A DNA stretch of 63,418 nucleotides, counting the filler, from Folioceros fuciformis (Eukaryota): NCBI GenBank assembly GCA_049999805.1. It is 10 parts of 10 records of this genome, joined end to end, with 100 filler letters (N's around TTAATTAATTAA, not from the genome) between each part and the next. Parts side by side here need not be neighbours in the genome. Positions count along the whole stretch, not along the records: positions 41,079 to 57,028 come from JBNGIO010003544.1; positions 57,129 to 58,681 come from JBNGIO010003545.1; positions 58,782 to 63,418 come from JBNGIO010003546.1; 7 more parts are not named here. One strand, given 5' to 3'. This document shows positions 49,203 through 62,839 of the stretch, piece after piece. The position numbers and the translations under genes were made by a program. Numbering within the stretch: the first letter of the stretch is position 1; each line of letters opens with the position of its first letter. The notes under the pieces are model-generated. The model was not told the DNA's origin and searched no databases. It was given only the letters and a program-made list of their open reading frames with translations.

Positions 49203-50028
49203 GGGGGTTGCCACCCACGGACACCGATCAAGTGCAACCGGCGCTGGCAGATGATGATCAGCTCAGGAATCAGCGAATGCGTTACAAGAAGCATCCCCTG
49301 GCAACAAGCGCAAATTTGCGCATTTGAAGTGCACACGACCACGTCTGCCTTGGTAGGATCCAATCTGGCAAAAGAGTTCAGGCAAATCGGGGAGTGCTCA
49401 TTGACGCTTGCAAATCATGACAGAAAATCTCGTCTCTGACTGCTGGCTGTGGATGTCATGCGGGAAGCGCACCTCGTTCATCATTGCCTGCACTTCGCAT
49501 CAAGCCCAAACTCCTCAAATCTTATGATGAGCCCATTACGAACAACCTTGCAACTCAAATGCAGATAGCTTAGCGGCTTGGACGATAAAGGGCGATGCCA
49601 CACCAATGCCAGTTGTTCTCGAAGCATGCAGACATTGCTCTGCAGGGGCTGGAACCAATACCGTACAATTATGCCGACGGCTAACGGGTAGGTGGCTCTG
49701 ACTTGATTTGGTCCAGCTCTTCAATTGCTCTGACGAAGACTCAATTTTCAATCCTATTATCTTAACTACGTTGCACACACTCCCATGAATAAGGAGATTA
49801 AGATAAAAGCTACTAGAAGGGTTCAATCCTCAACATCTAGACTAGAAGGGCGAATTTCATCTCAGAATGGATAACCTCAAACAATTAACTTATCTGGCAG
49901 GACAAAATTTCTGGCAGAATGATGGGGCTGCCATTCATGCCGTAGGAAACACTCAGAAGACCTGACATATACGCTGGAACTGCCTCGATGCGGAACAGCA
50001 ATCCAACCTTTTCAAACCCCGGAAACCG

Positions 50029-53000
50029 TCAAGCTAGAGCTACGTAAGGAGACAGAGCTTGTTTCTCCGCATCGGAGAGAGCAACCAAAAGCGGTTGCAT
50101 TTGATCTCTGAATTGTGCTAGCAATTGGGTCACAGCCCTACCAATCCCAGACTTGACCTCATCTGTGATATCAGCTGATGCCACAACTTGCGCAAAGATG
50201 GGAACCAACTCAGGGACTAGGCGTAGGATCTGCAGCAAAGTAACATGAAAGCAAAGGATGAGAAGGGAACAGGGATTTCGTAGCACAACGCCAAGACTGA
50301 TGATCGGAAGATCCCTACAGACCCTTCACTACTGAGCTAGAGTTGAAATGTATATACCTCTGGACGGGATGAAAAGATAAGGTTACACACACAACCGTAA
50401 ACCACGCAAGACTCCTCGAAGTCCTCTTTCAACGGTAGAGACTTCACAAAGATTGGTAGCACCTGAACCACCAAAGCTCACACAAACGGAGTCAACAACC
50501 ATCACATTGAAGTCTGTGTCAACCGTTGTCACATTTAAGTCTGTGCCAACAAACATCGATTGAAGTGTCAGCACGCAATGGGCACGTCACATAGAGCTAG
50601 ATAAAGAAACGGAAGTCCAGTACCTGATCCAAGGGAATAGCGTGTGGGTGTGCTCCTATCATTCGAGCAACAGCTCCCGCTGCATTGTCTCGGACTGCAC
50701 TGTCTGTCTCACCCTCTTGAAACAGGCGGGACAATCCTAAGAGCACCCGATCGTAGTATCTGAACGTGAATCAAGGTTCCACTCACCTGTACACGATGAT
50801 CACAGACAAAAAAACAAACAGAACGCATATCACACATTTCAAGGAGGACGAAAGGATACTGCAATGCATGATCTCCGCCATTTCTACACAGCTCGCCAAC
50901 ACAGAAGGCTGCATTGCGACGGTTTGCTCCTTGTTTGGAATTCAACTCCTCCAAGGCAAGGGACATTATTGCCTAACATGTGAAACACAAAAGAAATGCC
51001 ATTACATGCAGGAATAGTTGCATTATAGTGACCAAACCACTCGCAGCCGCGGGACAAAACACCATCCTGCAGTACATCAACCCGATTCACCAAAAAGTTT
51101 GGTACCAACATTTCTGTACAACCGGGAGTTGATTACCTCAAGATATGGTACAATGCCGGAACCAAGCTCCCTTGCCACTTCAGCAAGACACGCAACCGCC
51201 ATGGTCCTATCATTATTGGGACGTGATGGTTTCTGTGGCAGACATCAACAACACACAAGAGCCATAAGAAACTACAAATGAAGGTAGTACTTGATTCAAG
51301 CAAACTACAGAGTAGCACTCTTATGTGTTCCATTCACATCAACGAGAACCTCAACCTGGCCATCACCCATTGTGATACTCACCGCAAATTTCATCAGAGC
51401 TTCATAATGGCCTCGGAAGAGAACCTCATACGAGGGACCCATGCATGAAGCCATAGCCGGCAGGATATCAGTCACAGCATCCATCAGTACATCATCATGT
51501 TCTGCGTCTTCATCGTTACCCTCATCATCTGAATCTGCTGTCTGCTGACAGACAGCACCCTCGCGCAGCAGCACAAGAGTTGCATCTGAAAGACGCTGAA
51601 TGTCTGACAAACAAATCCACACATTAGCAAACAACTTGCAAACAGCGAACATGAAATATCATATCTACATAGAGTAGGCACCTAGGGCCACAATCATAAC
51701 CTTTATTTACTCACATTCTTCTATAGCACTGAAAGGAACAGACTTGATGACATCAACAATGCTGGAACAAGCTTGGGCAACTGTTTCTTTATCATCATCC
51801 TCAGTCATGGTAGCCAGGAACCTATTCATTGCCGTATCTGCAAAACAAGGACAGGTCATGCTCCACTTGTTCACCTAATCCACTCGTAGCAGCAACGCCA
51901 ACAAAAGTTGCAAAGTAAGATATGATATCACGTACCAAGAACGTGCTTGACCTCAGGAGTTACACCCTGCATCCCCAATCGAGTTAGAAATTCTCATCCA
52001 AGTCAAACAAGGTGCTCGGCAAATTCCATTGGGCAAGCACATCAACACGAGGAGACAGATCAACAAAACCGCAACACAACACTCACATTGCTGCTGGGAA
52101 AGGCAGCCTGAGTTGCAGTCAAGACATCTGAGAGGACATGCAAGAACAAGAAGTTAAAAACTTAATTCTGGAAAGTGGGCAAAAAGTCCACAGCTGATGC
52201 ACAACGAGGAATAACTAAGAACTTATTTTTCTTTGATAGAGATATAAACTGCATACGTTGCAAAGAAATGATAGCCTGTAGCCTGACATCCTCATGGAAA
52301 TAATCGGAATGCTTAACAAGCACTTTCAGAGTATCTTCCAAATACCTGCAGTCCAGTTAAGGGCTAGCACCAGGTTGACATTGAGAATCTAGGTGTCAGA
52401 AGGGCGTGCAAATGCAAAAGAGAGGAACTAAAGCCAAATAACTTGACAGAAAACAAGGTGGTATTAGGATACGGCATGAATGGTGCCTTCGTGTGCAAGG
52501 CAAACAAGCCAAGTGCTTGGGTTGCAGCAGCTTTCTCATCAAGTACGCCAGTGCGGACACTGAAATTGCGGACACGTTTTGCGTCTGAATCTTCATCATC
52601 AGATGACATTGCTCCAAAACTATTCCCCATTTCCTCCTCATCTGAATCTGAGAAGTCTATAGCCTCGCCGTCATCCAGATTGCACGATGCTAGTGCCAAA
52701 GGAACCAGACGAGGGAGATACTGATCCAAGGATACCACGGATAAGATTCAATCAGAATGATACCAACCACTTCATTCCTGCAGGAAGCAAAAGAGAAACA
52801 TTTTCAACGAACTGTAGGATCACACACCGGCACCAAGTCTGCTTCCAAGATTTCGGCGACATTACAGAAAAACCCATGAGTATATTCTCTCAATTCACTG
52901 TAATCCAGTTCAAAACCCTGAAACGCAAAATCACAGAGAATTAGGAATCAACTGCCTCCTGACAAAGTTGGATATGTACAAGAAAAAGTACAACTACACG

Positions 53001-55368
53001 AAAGAGGTGCAGCATACAGATAAGGCAGCATCGATGAAGCTGGGTAGAACCGGTTGTATCAGAGCTTTTCCAATAGAGACACCAACGATCCCTACTAGTT
53101 CCGTGGCCTTTGCACGACAAGTCAATTCTTCATCTTTTGTTGCTGTCATATACATTTTCATGAGCTCTAGCACCCTCTCTGCATAAGGCACGAAGGCTGC
53201 CTCAGCAGCAGCAGCAGCAGATCCGATAGCAGACTGCAATTCACGACCAACAGACAGGTCCATGTGTATCCAAGTTAGGCAAAACATGCTGGGAGAAAAC
53301 GACACGAAACTGTAGAAGGGAACAGTCAGAAACACACATACCATGCAGGTCTCCTGCACATCCTTGCGACTGCTAGGCAACCCAGCTATCAGCATTTCCA
53401 TTAAAGGACCGAGATAGGGCAAAATCTCCTGACCCAGATGCTCACAGAAGGCAGCAAGTGCATAATACGCTTTCTCCTGCACTCAGAGGCACACTAAAAT
53501 CAGCCGGTGGATGTCTGCACATAGAAACGTACCAAGAACCCTGCAGTGTTGGACAGATGACAGCTTGGAAAACAAACCTGTACTTCAGGAGATGAATCGC
53601 CAAGTACACTGAAAATTGCTGGAAGGATTGTTGCGTAGTGCTCACATATCTCTGGCTGCAGATGTTCGGCATACTGGCCCAAAGTGAAACTAGCTGCCCC
53701 TCGAACAGCTTGGTGCGGATCCTTGAGGGCCTCTAGCACTAACGGGAGTACTTGTGGCAGCCTTTCCTTCATTGCTTCAAAACAGCCCTCTGATATCACA
53801 GCGAGAGCCATCATGGCCGCTTGACGAATGTGCCAGTCCGCATTATGGCAGTTTGAAACTGAAAAGCTCAGCACCGATGGGAAGACGTGTTTTTTGGGTA
53901 GGCTCAAGGCCATTGTGTCCAAGACCTCTGCAGCAGCTCGATCCGCCGTGTCCTCCTCCGTAGTCTCCTCACCCTGTTCAGCTAAAATACGGAATGTGAC
54001 GGAGAGAATTGCTTCAATCAACTTGTGCTTGACCACAGTCTTAGGCTTGAATTTTGTTATTCCGATAATGAGCTGCATAGCCTGTTTGAACACAAGGGAC
54101 AGGTCGTTGGTTTCCCCAGAAATTTGCAAACAAAACATTTCAGCTCTGCAATTCCTCCCACTTACCGAATCCCGAGTCTGGAATTCGAGTTGCGTGTTGC
54201 CGCAAACCTCCAGAGCAAACATGACAATGACTATAACAGATGACCCCAGTATAGGTGCCGGCGACTCCACAAGGTCGTCAAATATTTCAAACGCCAGGGT
54301 AGCCACTTCCTCTTCGCCATTGGCAAGGCACATTCGGGCCACGTTCAGAATGGGGTCAATTAGCTCCCTGAATAGAACCTGCACAGGTCACTCCAAGGGC
54401 AGACAAAGTTTTAGGCAACCTAGACGCCAAATATCGTTGCCGGTGTTGTCAGCAACACTAACAGCGACAGATAAATAAAAGATTACCACTTCGTCGCCCT
54501 CTTCAACGTAACCCACGAGAGCTTCTACTGCCCTGCCAAAGATTGGTGGAACAAAAAAATCCAGCTGCCATAAGATTGAGTGCCAGTCAAAGCAGCTCGT
54601 CGAGGAACCCACATAAACGACATTCAAAGCAAACTTGTGGGAGACTCACCGCAAAGCCGCGACACGGACTCGATTGCTATGTGGATCATTCAAGCCATTG
54701 AGAAAGATGGACTTCAAGGTTCCAAAATGTGGTCTCAAGGTTGTGCCAATGGTTTCCGTCAAGGAGCTGAACAAAATCAAGGAGACCTGGACAAAGTTCA
54801 TACAGCAAGGTGTGATTTCAAGGGAATTCGTGTGGAACGGCCGAAAAGGACAGAGAGAGGGTCAATACAACTCACTTCACGATGATCCTCCTGAGGGCTT
54901 TGGCTGCACTGGAACAAGAAGGGCAGCAATTCTGGCCACTGCCCGTTGGGCACCGTATGCTTGGCCACCACACTGGCAACATTCGCGCTGGCTCTCCTGA
55001 CCGGTGAACTGCATGCAAGCCACCGGGGCTTGAGAAGCTGTGAGAGAGAATGGTACCCCTCCATAAAGAATGGAGGGATGGTATAGGTGAACTCACCTCT
55101 GCTCCTGAGTGATGCTCTCCAACAGGGTAGACTTGACGGAGTCGCGCACTTGAGGAGTCAGCTTCATCCAGTGGCCTGTGATTTTTTTGCGCATCAGCAC
55201 AGCGGCAAGCTGCCTGACGTTCTCGGATTGCGCAGTGCGTAGATGGTGCAGCAGGGCCGGGATCAGCTGTGGATCCTTGGCAAACCGGCGAATCTGCTCC
55301 TCTGCTGCGTTGCGAGCGCTGTTGTCTGGAACCAGAAATTGCAGCAACAAAAATTCCAGGTTTTCCAT
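50029..55368 (-). CDS. IPO4: Importin-4 (karyopherin-beta, IMB4/KAP123-like), multi-exon
   Basis: IBN_N start LEFLLLQFLVPDNSARNAAEEQI...VRQLAAVLMRKKITGHW; HEAT repeats (VRGAASFTLGQYAEHLQPEI, EKAYYALAAFCE, SVRTGVLDEKAAATQALG, NRRNAAFCVGEL). Confidence 0.93.
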
Positions 55369-56432
55369 GCTGCGAATGGGATCTCAGACGAACCAGAGCC
55401 TGCTGCGAACGAGTGCGTGAGCACAGATCATCAATATCGATCACCAAACTAGCACACCGCCAAAGCTCGGATTCCCCGAGACCCAGGGCAGATCAAGATG
55501 GTAATGAGGAGGCACACGGAGAGGTGGAGCAACAACGTAAGGCGTGCCCAGCCATCTCCATATATAGAAGCAGGGTTTCACTGACGAGGAAACCCCAAAA
55601 CTTCCTTCGTGCCCTCTTGTAACAAGAGTTGCCTTCCCTTTGCACTACTTCGTGAGTCACTTTTGTGATGGTCGCCCGAGCATGCGGCACACGACTCGCG
55701 ATCAGGGTTTGGTGAGAGGTGGGTGCCTCACACCTTCTGAAATCTGACTTGCCACAGACAAGACACCAGCTTAAATCTGGCTGCGCGCTGCCCAAGGTTT
55801 CTTACAGCCGCTTACGGATTCATTGAGGGGACAATTACTCTCGTCTCGGAATGGAATTAATTGCCTGGCCCCAAACCTGAACTTTCGAGAACTGGGCGTG
55901 GCGTGACACTATAAGTGCAAGGCAGGTTCGGTGGCGAGGGTGTAGCAACCCTCCACCCGCCTGGTCAAGTCTATAATATATTCTATTAGTCTGCACATCA
56001 CGTCTCTGACTGCAGCATGTGTGGGAATTCGGGCCATACCTGGCGCATGACTGTCCTGGGGATGGCCGCCCCTGCGTAGCGGGTTCATAAATGAGGGACG
56101 GGTTGGGCAGGCTCGTTACTGGGACTCGTCCCAGCTTGTCTAAACTGCTCCACAGCAGTGGAGCGGTCGGACCTTGGTGCCAGCTGATTGCCAAAGGTGA
56201 GGCAGGTCTGGGGTGGGTTGTTCGATCTGTGTCTTGTGCGTATGACAGCTGCGGGGGGACGTTCTGAGATGTGAGTTATGCAGGTGAATTGGCTGTTGCC
56301 GTGCAGAGGAGGTGCTTGGCCAGGGGTCCGGCTGGGGGGTCTACATCCGAGGAGAAATTTGGAGACTCCGTGGAACGCACCTCGAGGGAGCTCCCTTCTT
56401 CACCTCCGCCACAAGGCCCTTGGGTTGCCAGC

Positions 56433-57028
56433 ATGGAGCACGCTATCCCTGTGAACGGCACAGTTGCAGATGCCAAGGGTGTGACAGAGTCTGATCAGGC
56501 TGCTGACGGTCAGCACAAGCCGCTGACGCTGTGGCCCGGAATGTATCATTCACCGGTGACTGCAGCCTTGTGGCATGCGCGGTCGAGCATCTTCGAGAGG
56601 GCCAGTCGGCTGGATCACGACGGGCCTGCCCAGACTACGCTGGTGACCAAGACCCCTGAGCAGTGCCGCACCAGCGTGCTGTACAAGTTCTCGACTGATG
56701 CGGTGTTGAGGGAGCAGTACCGCAGCCCCTGGAATGGCTGCCGCATCGGCAAGCTGCTGGAAGATCTGGATGCCTTGGCCGGTACTATAGCGGTGAGGCA
56801 TTGCTCGGATGACGACATGACGACGAGGCCGTTGCTGTTGGTGACGGCGTCGGTGGACAAGATCAGTCTCAAGAAGAATCTGAGTCTGGATTCTGACCTG
56901 ATGCTGGCTGGTGAAGTTGCCTGGACCGGGCGGTCCTCCATGGAAATCAGAATGACTGTAAGACAGCCGGCAGGGGAGGAGGACGCGAAGGGCGACAACA
57001 GCATCGCTCTCACCGCAAACTTCACTTT
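56433..57028 (+). CDS. Acyl-CoA thioesterase (hot-dog fold, ACOT9/10-like); 3' end lost in the gap, start uncertain
   Basis: LWPGMYHSPVT, LREQYRSPWN, IGKLLEDLDALAG, RPLLLVTASVDKI, WTGRSSMEI. Confidence 0.9.
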
Positions 57029-57128
57029 NNNNNNNNNNNNNNNNNNNNNNNNNNNNNNNNNNNNNNNNNNNNTTAATTAATTAANNNNNNNNNNNNNNNN
57101 NNNNNNNNNNNNNNNNNNNNNNNNNNNN

Positions 57129-58220
57129 GAGAGAGGCTCCTATAAGATCAGGTGAGCCTGTAGGAAGAAGGAGTCATTCACTTTTGGGAGTCAGTCTATC
57201 TCTTTGTGAGCTCTTGGAGGTCCTCTCTTCATGAGCTCTTGTGGTCTGTCCCTGCTTGGTTTAGGACCTGCAGTGTGTTGCCGGCTGTGCAACGTCTGGT
57301 AGGATCGCAAGCCGTGTGTTGCCGGCTGTACAATGTCTGGTAGGATCGCAGGCAGCGTGTTGCCGGCTGTACAGTGTCTGGTAGGATCGCGGGCAGCGTG
57401 TTGCCGGTTGTATAGTGTCTGGTAGGATCACAAGGTGTAATGACCAGGGTGTGGGGGCTTGCCCCTAGCTCTTGATTGTAAAGGGTGTGTCTTTCTCTCA
57501 NNNNNNNNNNNNNNNNNNNNNNNNNNNNNNNNNNNNNNNNNNNNNNNNNNNNNNNNNNNNNNNNNNNNNNNNNNNNNNNNNNNNNNNNNNNNNNNNNNNN
57601 AAGGTGTAATGACCAGGGTGAAGGGGCTTGCCCCTAGCTCTTGATTGTAAAGGGTGTGTCTTTCTCTCGACCTGTCCACTCTTGTTCCTTGCTTGGTCAA
57701 GTGTTGTAGGCCGGCCATGTCTCATGGTGTCTAGTAAGGTTGTAGGGGGGAGATACCCAAGAGGGGAGTGTGTTCCCTTCTTCCTTTTGTTTGGGGTTAG
57801 TCTAGTGACTCTTGCCGGGTAGGAGGAGTCCGTAGGGAAGTGTAGAAGGTAGTGGTGTCGTTGCTGGTTGCTGGTAGTTGCTGGTGTTGGTGCTAGAGTG
57901 AGAGAGTGAGTGAGGTGTGTGAGGGAAGACGCAGATCTGAGAGGTTAGAGTCGTTGTAGTGACTGGAGTGAGTTTGTGGGCACCGAGAGAGGTGCAGCTG
58001 ACCGCCGGACAGCGAGGCCTGTCCTACGCCTGATCGGAGCTGGAGGGGAGCCCTCGAATCCGTCATCGAGTCGATCAAGTCCGACCCTCCATCCACAGCA
58101 GCAAGGAACCCCATCGCTCCTTCGTGGGAACGAAACCCAATGTCTCAACGACAGTGGGATAAGTGTGGCCACTAAAGGTGGAACCCGTTGGCGATCGGTG
58201 CCCGGGGTTTTGCCTCCACA
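57129..58220 (+). mobile_element. LTR family X copy 3 (expanded), inserted in a copia element
   Basis: 57800-58220 matches the reverse complement of 27948-28360; ends TGCCTCCACA against copia sequence. Confidence 0.8.
57273..57430. repeat. 41-bp tandem repeat x4 inside the LTR
   Basis: GTGTTGCCGGCTGTACAGTGTCTGGTAGGATCGC core at 41-bp spacing. Confidence 0.9.
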
Positions 58221-58643
58221 ACTACCATTCATGCACGTAGTGTAGTTTTCAATGAAAAGATGCTACTTACCTCTGCATTGAGTCAGCACCAATTAGATGC
58301 ACCTCCTGTCCTTGATAACGTCACGAGTGATGATCATGATGACCTAACAGCTGTCTCTACCTCTCAGCCTGCTAATGATTCTCAACCTTCTAGCTCTTCA
58401 CACCCATCTTCATCCTTAGATAGTGATAGTGAAGAAGAACCCACTGACTTCCCTGGCGATGAAGTCGAAGCAGTTAGTGAAGAGCAAGCTGAGACCCCCG
58501 AACCTGAACAGCCATTGCATGTGTCAGAGGTCATACCTGAACCTGACTCAGAGCAGGTACTTAGAAGAAGCTCCAGGCATCATACTACATCACCAGCCGA
58601 GTGGCATACTCCACCACTGACATATCAAAGCTTCCTGTCGTGA
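58221..58643 (+). mobile_element. Copia fragment (integrase C-terminus and acidic linker)
   Basis: TIHARSVVFNE...VLRRSSR. Confidence 0.7.
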
Positions 58644-58781
58644 AATTGTGGCAAAAATGGACTTATAGTAGAGCATCATGGNNNNNNNNNNNNNNNNNNN
58701 NNNNNNNNNNNNNNNNNNNNNNNNNTTAATTAATTAANNNNNNNNNNNNNNNNNNNNNNNNNNNNNNNNNNNNNNNNNNNN

Positions 58782-61700
58782 GTGCCCAACTCATCAACTT
58801 GGGTTCTCAATTCCCGGAGCTTGATGCAGTTAGTCAGTTGTTGACGAGTCTGCCCCCCAGCTATCAGACTTTCGTCTCCAGCTACGGTGCCACAGTTCGC
58901 GCTGCTGATGCTGCTCGGGCCGCAGGTCAGCCTACCAACATCAACCTGGCTGATGTTATTGGCGCCTTGCTACAGGAAGAAAAAAGCAGGGCTACTTCTA
59001 CTTTACATGGTGGACGAACCAGGACAGACAAGGTCCTTTCGACTCAAGTAAAGCAAAACCGGAGGAAACCTACCTCGAGTGGAGGTGCAGGTTCTTCGAA
59101 GACCATTTCTGTGAAACGTACTGGCGCCTGTAACTGGTGTGGTANNNNNNNNNNNNNNNNNNNNNNNNNNNNNNNNNNNNNNNNNNNNNNNNNNNNNNNN
59201 NNNNNNNNNNNNNNNNNNNNNNNNNNNNNNNNNNNNNNNNNNNNGAGAATGTCGGAAGAAAAAATCTGGCGAGCCTCGTAAAGCTGAGAAGCCTTTGAAA
59301 CAGGCTGAGGCACACTTGGCTGCCAAGGATCGGCTTTCTCAGTCGATCACAAGTAAACCACCTGTCGTCATGACAGTCTGTCTTGTGTCTTCTGCACATC
59401 CTTCCCCACAGTGCTGGTATTTAGATTCAGGAGCTACATCTCATATTTGCAAAGATAAGTCCCTGATCAGCAATTTTCAGTCATCTACCACTTCAAATAA
59501 AGTGCTTTTGGGTGATGAACTTACCCGTACAGGTCTGCAGATAGAAGGCTCTGGGTCCTGTCGCTTTATATTGCATGATGGTTCCATCCTTCACTTGGAT
59601 AACGTCCTGTACGTGCCCCGCATGGCTAAACATCTGCTTTCTGTTAGCCAACTTATGTCCTTACGCACTTTCGATCTGCTCTTCACTTCTTCACGCTGTG
59701 AGCTTATGAAGAGAGGGGAGAGAGGTCAGGTAGTTGCTACAGGACACTTAGTGCACGATTTATATCAACTTGATTTAAAAGCCATACCTGTGGACACTGC
59801 CAATGTCACTCTGTCCACCCAAGCTGCTCAAGCCAGTCTCTGGCATGCACGTCTAGGACATGCCAATCGGGATAAGCTCATCAAGATGTCCAACCTAACC
59901 TGTTACAGGGAACCACTGCCCAAATGTTTCAAGGACTTGCCTTTGTGCGATGCTTGTGTGATAGCAAAGCAAAAGGAAGTGCCCTTTCCCAAACAGACAG
60001 CATATAGAGCTTCTCAGATTCTGGACCTCGTGCACGCAGACATCTCTGGGAAGATTCACATACCTTCTCTAGGTGGTGCCTTGTATTATCTTACACTCAC
60101 GGATGACTTCAGTAGGTATTCATGGACCTACCCGATGCGTTTGAAGTCAGACACCTTTGCTTTCTTCCAGGAATGGCTGCAGATGGTTCAGAAACAAACA
60201 GGTCGCCAGCTGAAGTGCTTGCGTTTAGATAATGGTACAGAATTTACACATGGCAACTTCAACCAGTTTCTTCTTGACCGAGGGATTGTCCGTCAGCTCA
60301 TAGTCCCTTATACCCAGCAGCAGAATGGCGTTGCTGAGCGCCGCAACCAGACCCTGTTAGGCATGACGCGCAGCATGCTGGAATGGTCAGGTCTCAGCAA
60401 AGCATTCTGGGCAGAAGCAGTGGTGACTGCGACTTACATCCTTAATCGTCTCTTGACAAGTGCTGTGGATGGCAAAACACCTTATGAGGTTATATGGCAA
60501 AGGAAGCCGAGTTTACTTCATCTTCGAGTATTTGGCTCTCCTGCTTATGCATATATCCCTGCTGAAAAGCGAAGAAAGTTAGATGCACGGGCTAAACCCC
60601 TGCTGTTTGTTGGGTATGGTGAAGAAGCGAAAGCTTACAAGTTGTATGATTCACTCACCCAGTCAGCACAATTCGCTAGGAGTGTTACCTTTCGAGAACT
60701 CATCAGTCCTGACAAACCTTATTTTGAATCAACACTTTCTGTACCAGCGAATCTTACCGATGCAGATGCCAGTGCAGAAGAGGACCTGTCTGAGTTCCCC
60801 CAGGATGATTTTATTGATGTCAGCTCAGTGGTCCAACCAGTTGTTTTGCCTGACCCTGGTCTCTTGCAGTTTCCAGTGGCACAACCCGTTGCTCCTGCTG
60901 CTGCTGCCGGTGTCCCTGACGTTATTCCTGCCACCGACACTGGCCCCGTTGCAGCAGATCAAGCGAATCCAGCTTCTGCAGGAGACGTGTCAATTCCCGG
61001 GTCAGCAGATTTGCAGGATGTTGCTTCTCATCACTCAGACGACTCAGCTGACAGTGACCTTTTACCAGAACTTGCTGTGACTGATGATGATGATGTATCC
61101 CTTCCTGCTCCTCCGCCTGAACACCGGTACCCCACTCGTGAGAGAGTGCCCCCTGCTCACTGGAAGGAGCCTCCGTATCAGTCTGTGGACTATCGGCGTC
61201 CTAGGGCTGGCATGTCTCTCAAGACTAATAACTCTGAGTTTCCTTTTCTCAAGCCTGAGCCCCGCACTTACACTGAAGCTGTTACTGGCCCAGACAAAGC
61301 ACACTGGATTCCATCCATCAAGGATGAGTATGACTCGCTTATCAAGAATGGTACCTGGGATCTCTGTCCTCTGCCTGTTGGCCACAAAACTGTCAGTTGT
61401 AAGTGGGTTTTCAAGCATAAACTGAATGAAAAAGGGGAGATTGCTAGATACAAATCCCGTCTTGTGGCTCGGGGTTTTACTCAGATTCCCGGTGTTGACT
61501 TTCAAGAAACCTTCAGTCCTGTCGTCAAAACCCAGTCCATCAGAATGATACTTGCCCTCGCCGCTGCCAATGTTTGGGACTTGCAACAGATGGACGTGTG
61601 TACCGCCTTTCTGTACGGTGAGCTTGACGAGGACATCTATATGCAGCAACCTGAAGGTTTTATTGCTCCAGACCATCCTACCTGGGTGTGCCGTTTAAAG

Positions 61701-62839
61701 AAGACCATTTACGGTCTTAAGCAATCCGCCCGGGAATGGTACAAAACCATCGACAAGTATTTGCAGTCCATTGGTTTCGTGCAGAACCCTGGTGATGCCA
61801 ACGTGTATATATATACCAAAGGAGGTCATCTCGTCATACTGGCCTTGTACGTTGATGACGCTATTCTGGCATCAAACAACTCTGAGTTACTTGCCTGGGT
61901 CAAGGGCATGTTGCACCAACAGTTTGACATGAAGGACATCGGCCCTCTTACCTTTGTTCTTGGGGTTCAACTTGTCCGCAACTTGGAGGATCAGACTCTC
62001 ATGCTTCACCAAAGCAAATATATTGCCGAAACTCTCTGCCGTTTTCACCTTGATTCTGCCAAGCCCGTTTCCACCCCTGGTGTTCCAGGTCTCAAGCTTT
62101 CTGCTGATGACTGTCCACAAGATGATCATGAGCGCCAGGCTATGTCTCAGTTTCCATATCGTCACGCTGTTGGCTGTCTGTATTACATCAGCTGTTGGAC
62201 CCGCCCTGATATTCAATACGCTGTTAGCTCGGTTTCCCAGTTCCTTGACAATCCTGGCCAAGTTCACTGGGCAGCCGTCAAGCGTATCTTGCGCTATCTT
62301 AAAGGCACAATGAATCACGGCTTATGCTTCAGGGGGCGAGATACAACACCTACCGTGTGTGTGGTTATGCCGATGCTGATTGGGCAATAAACCCTGACGC
62401 CAGACGAAGCATATCAGCCTACTGTTTCATTCTCTCAAATGCTGTTGTTCACTGGAGCTCAAAGAAGCAGGCTTCCGTTTCTCTGTCCTCTACTGAGGCA
62501 GAGTACAAAGCCCTAACTGAAGCTGCCAAAGAAGCAATTTGGGAGCGTGCCTTCCTGCAGGGTCTTGGTTTTCCACAGCTGAAGCCCACTCTTATCCACT
62601 GCGACAATGTTTCCACTATCAGTATGACAGCAAACCCGCGTTTCCATGCCCGAACAAAGCACATCGAGGTGCAGCATCATTTTATTCGTCAACAAGTGGA
62701 ACAGAAGGTGGTGCGACTTCAGCATGTCTCAACAGATTACAACACTGCAGACTTGTTCACCAAGTACCTGCCCGCGAGTAAACATTATCAATTCATGGAG
62801 GCGATGGGTGTTGCACCATGTTCTCCGTCTCAATCCTGA
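58782..62839 (+). CDS. Copia Gag-Pol polyprotein (5' partial; frameshift near 62360)
   Basis: ORFs 58799-, 59139-62390 and 62324-62839 join into one polyprotein. Confidence 0.9.

Noticed and set aside
5782..58737. Recurrent TTAATTAATTAA palindrome as a biological motif
   Set aside because: It is always centred in a 100-bp N gap, so it is an assembly linker.
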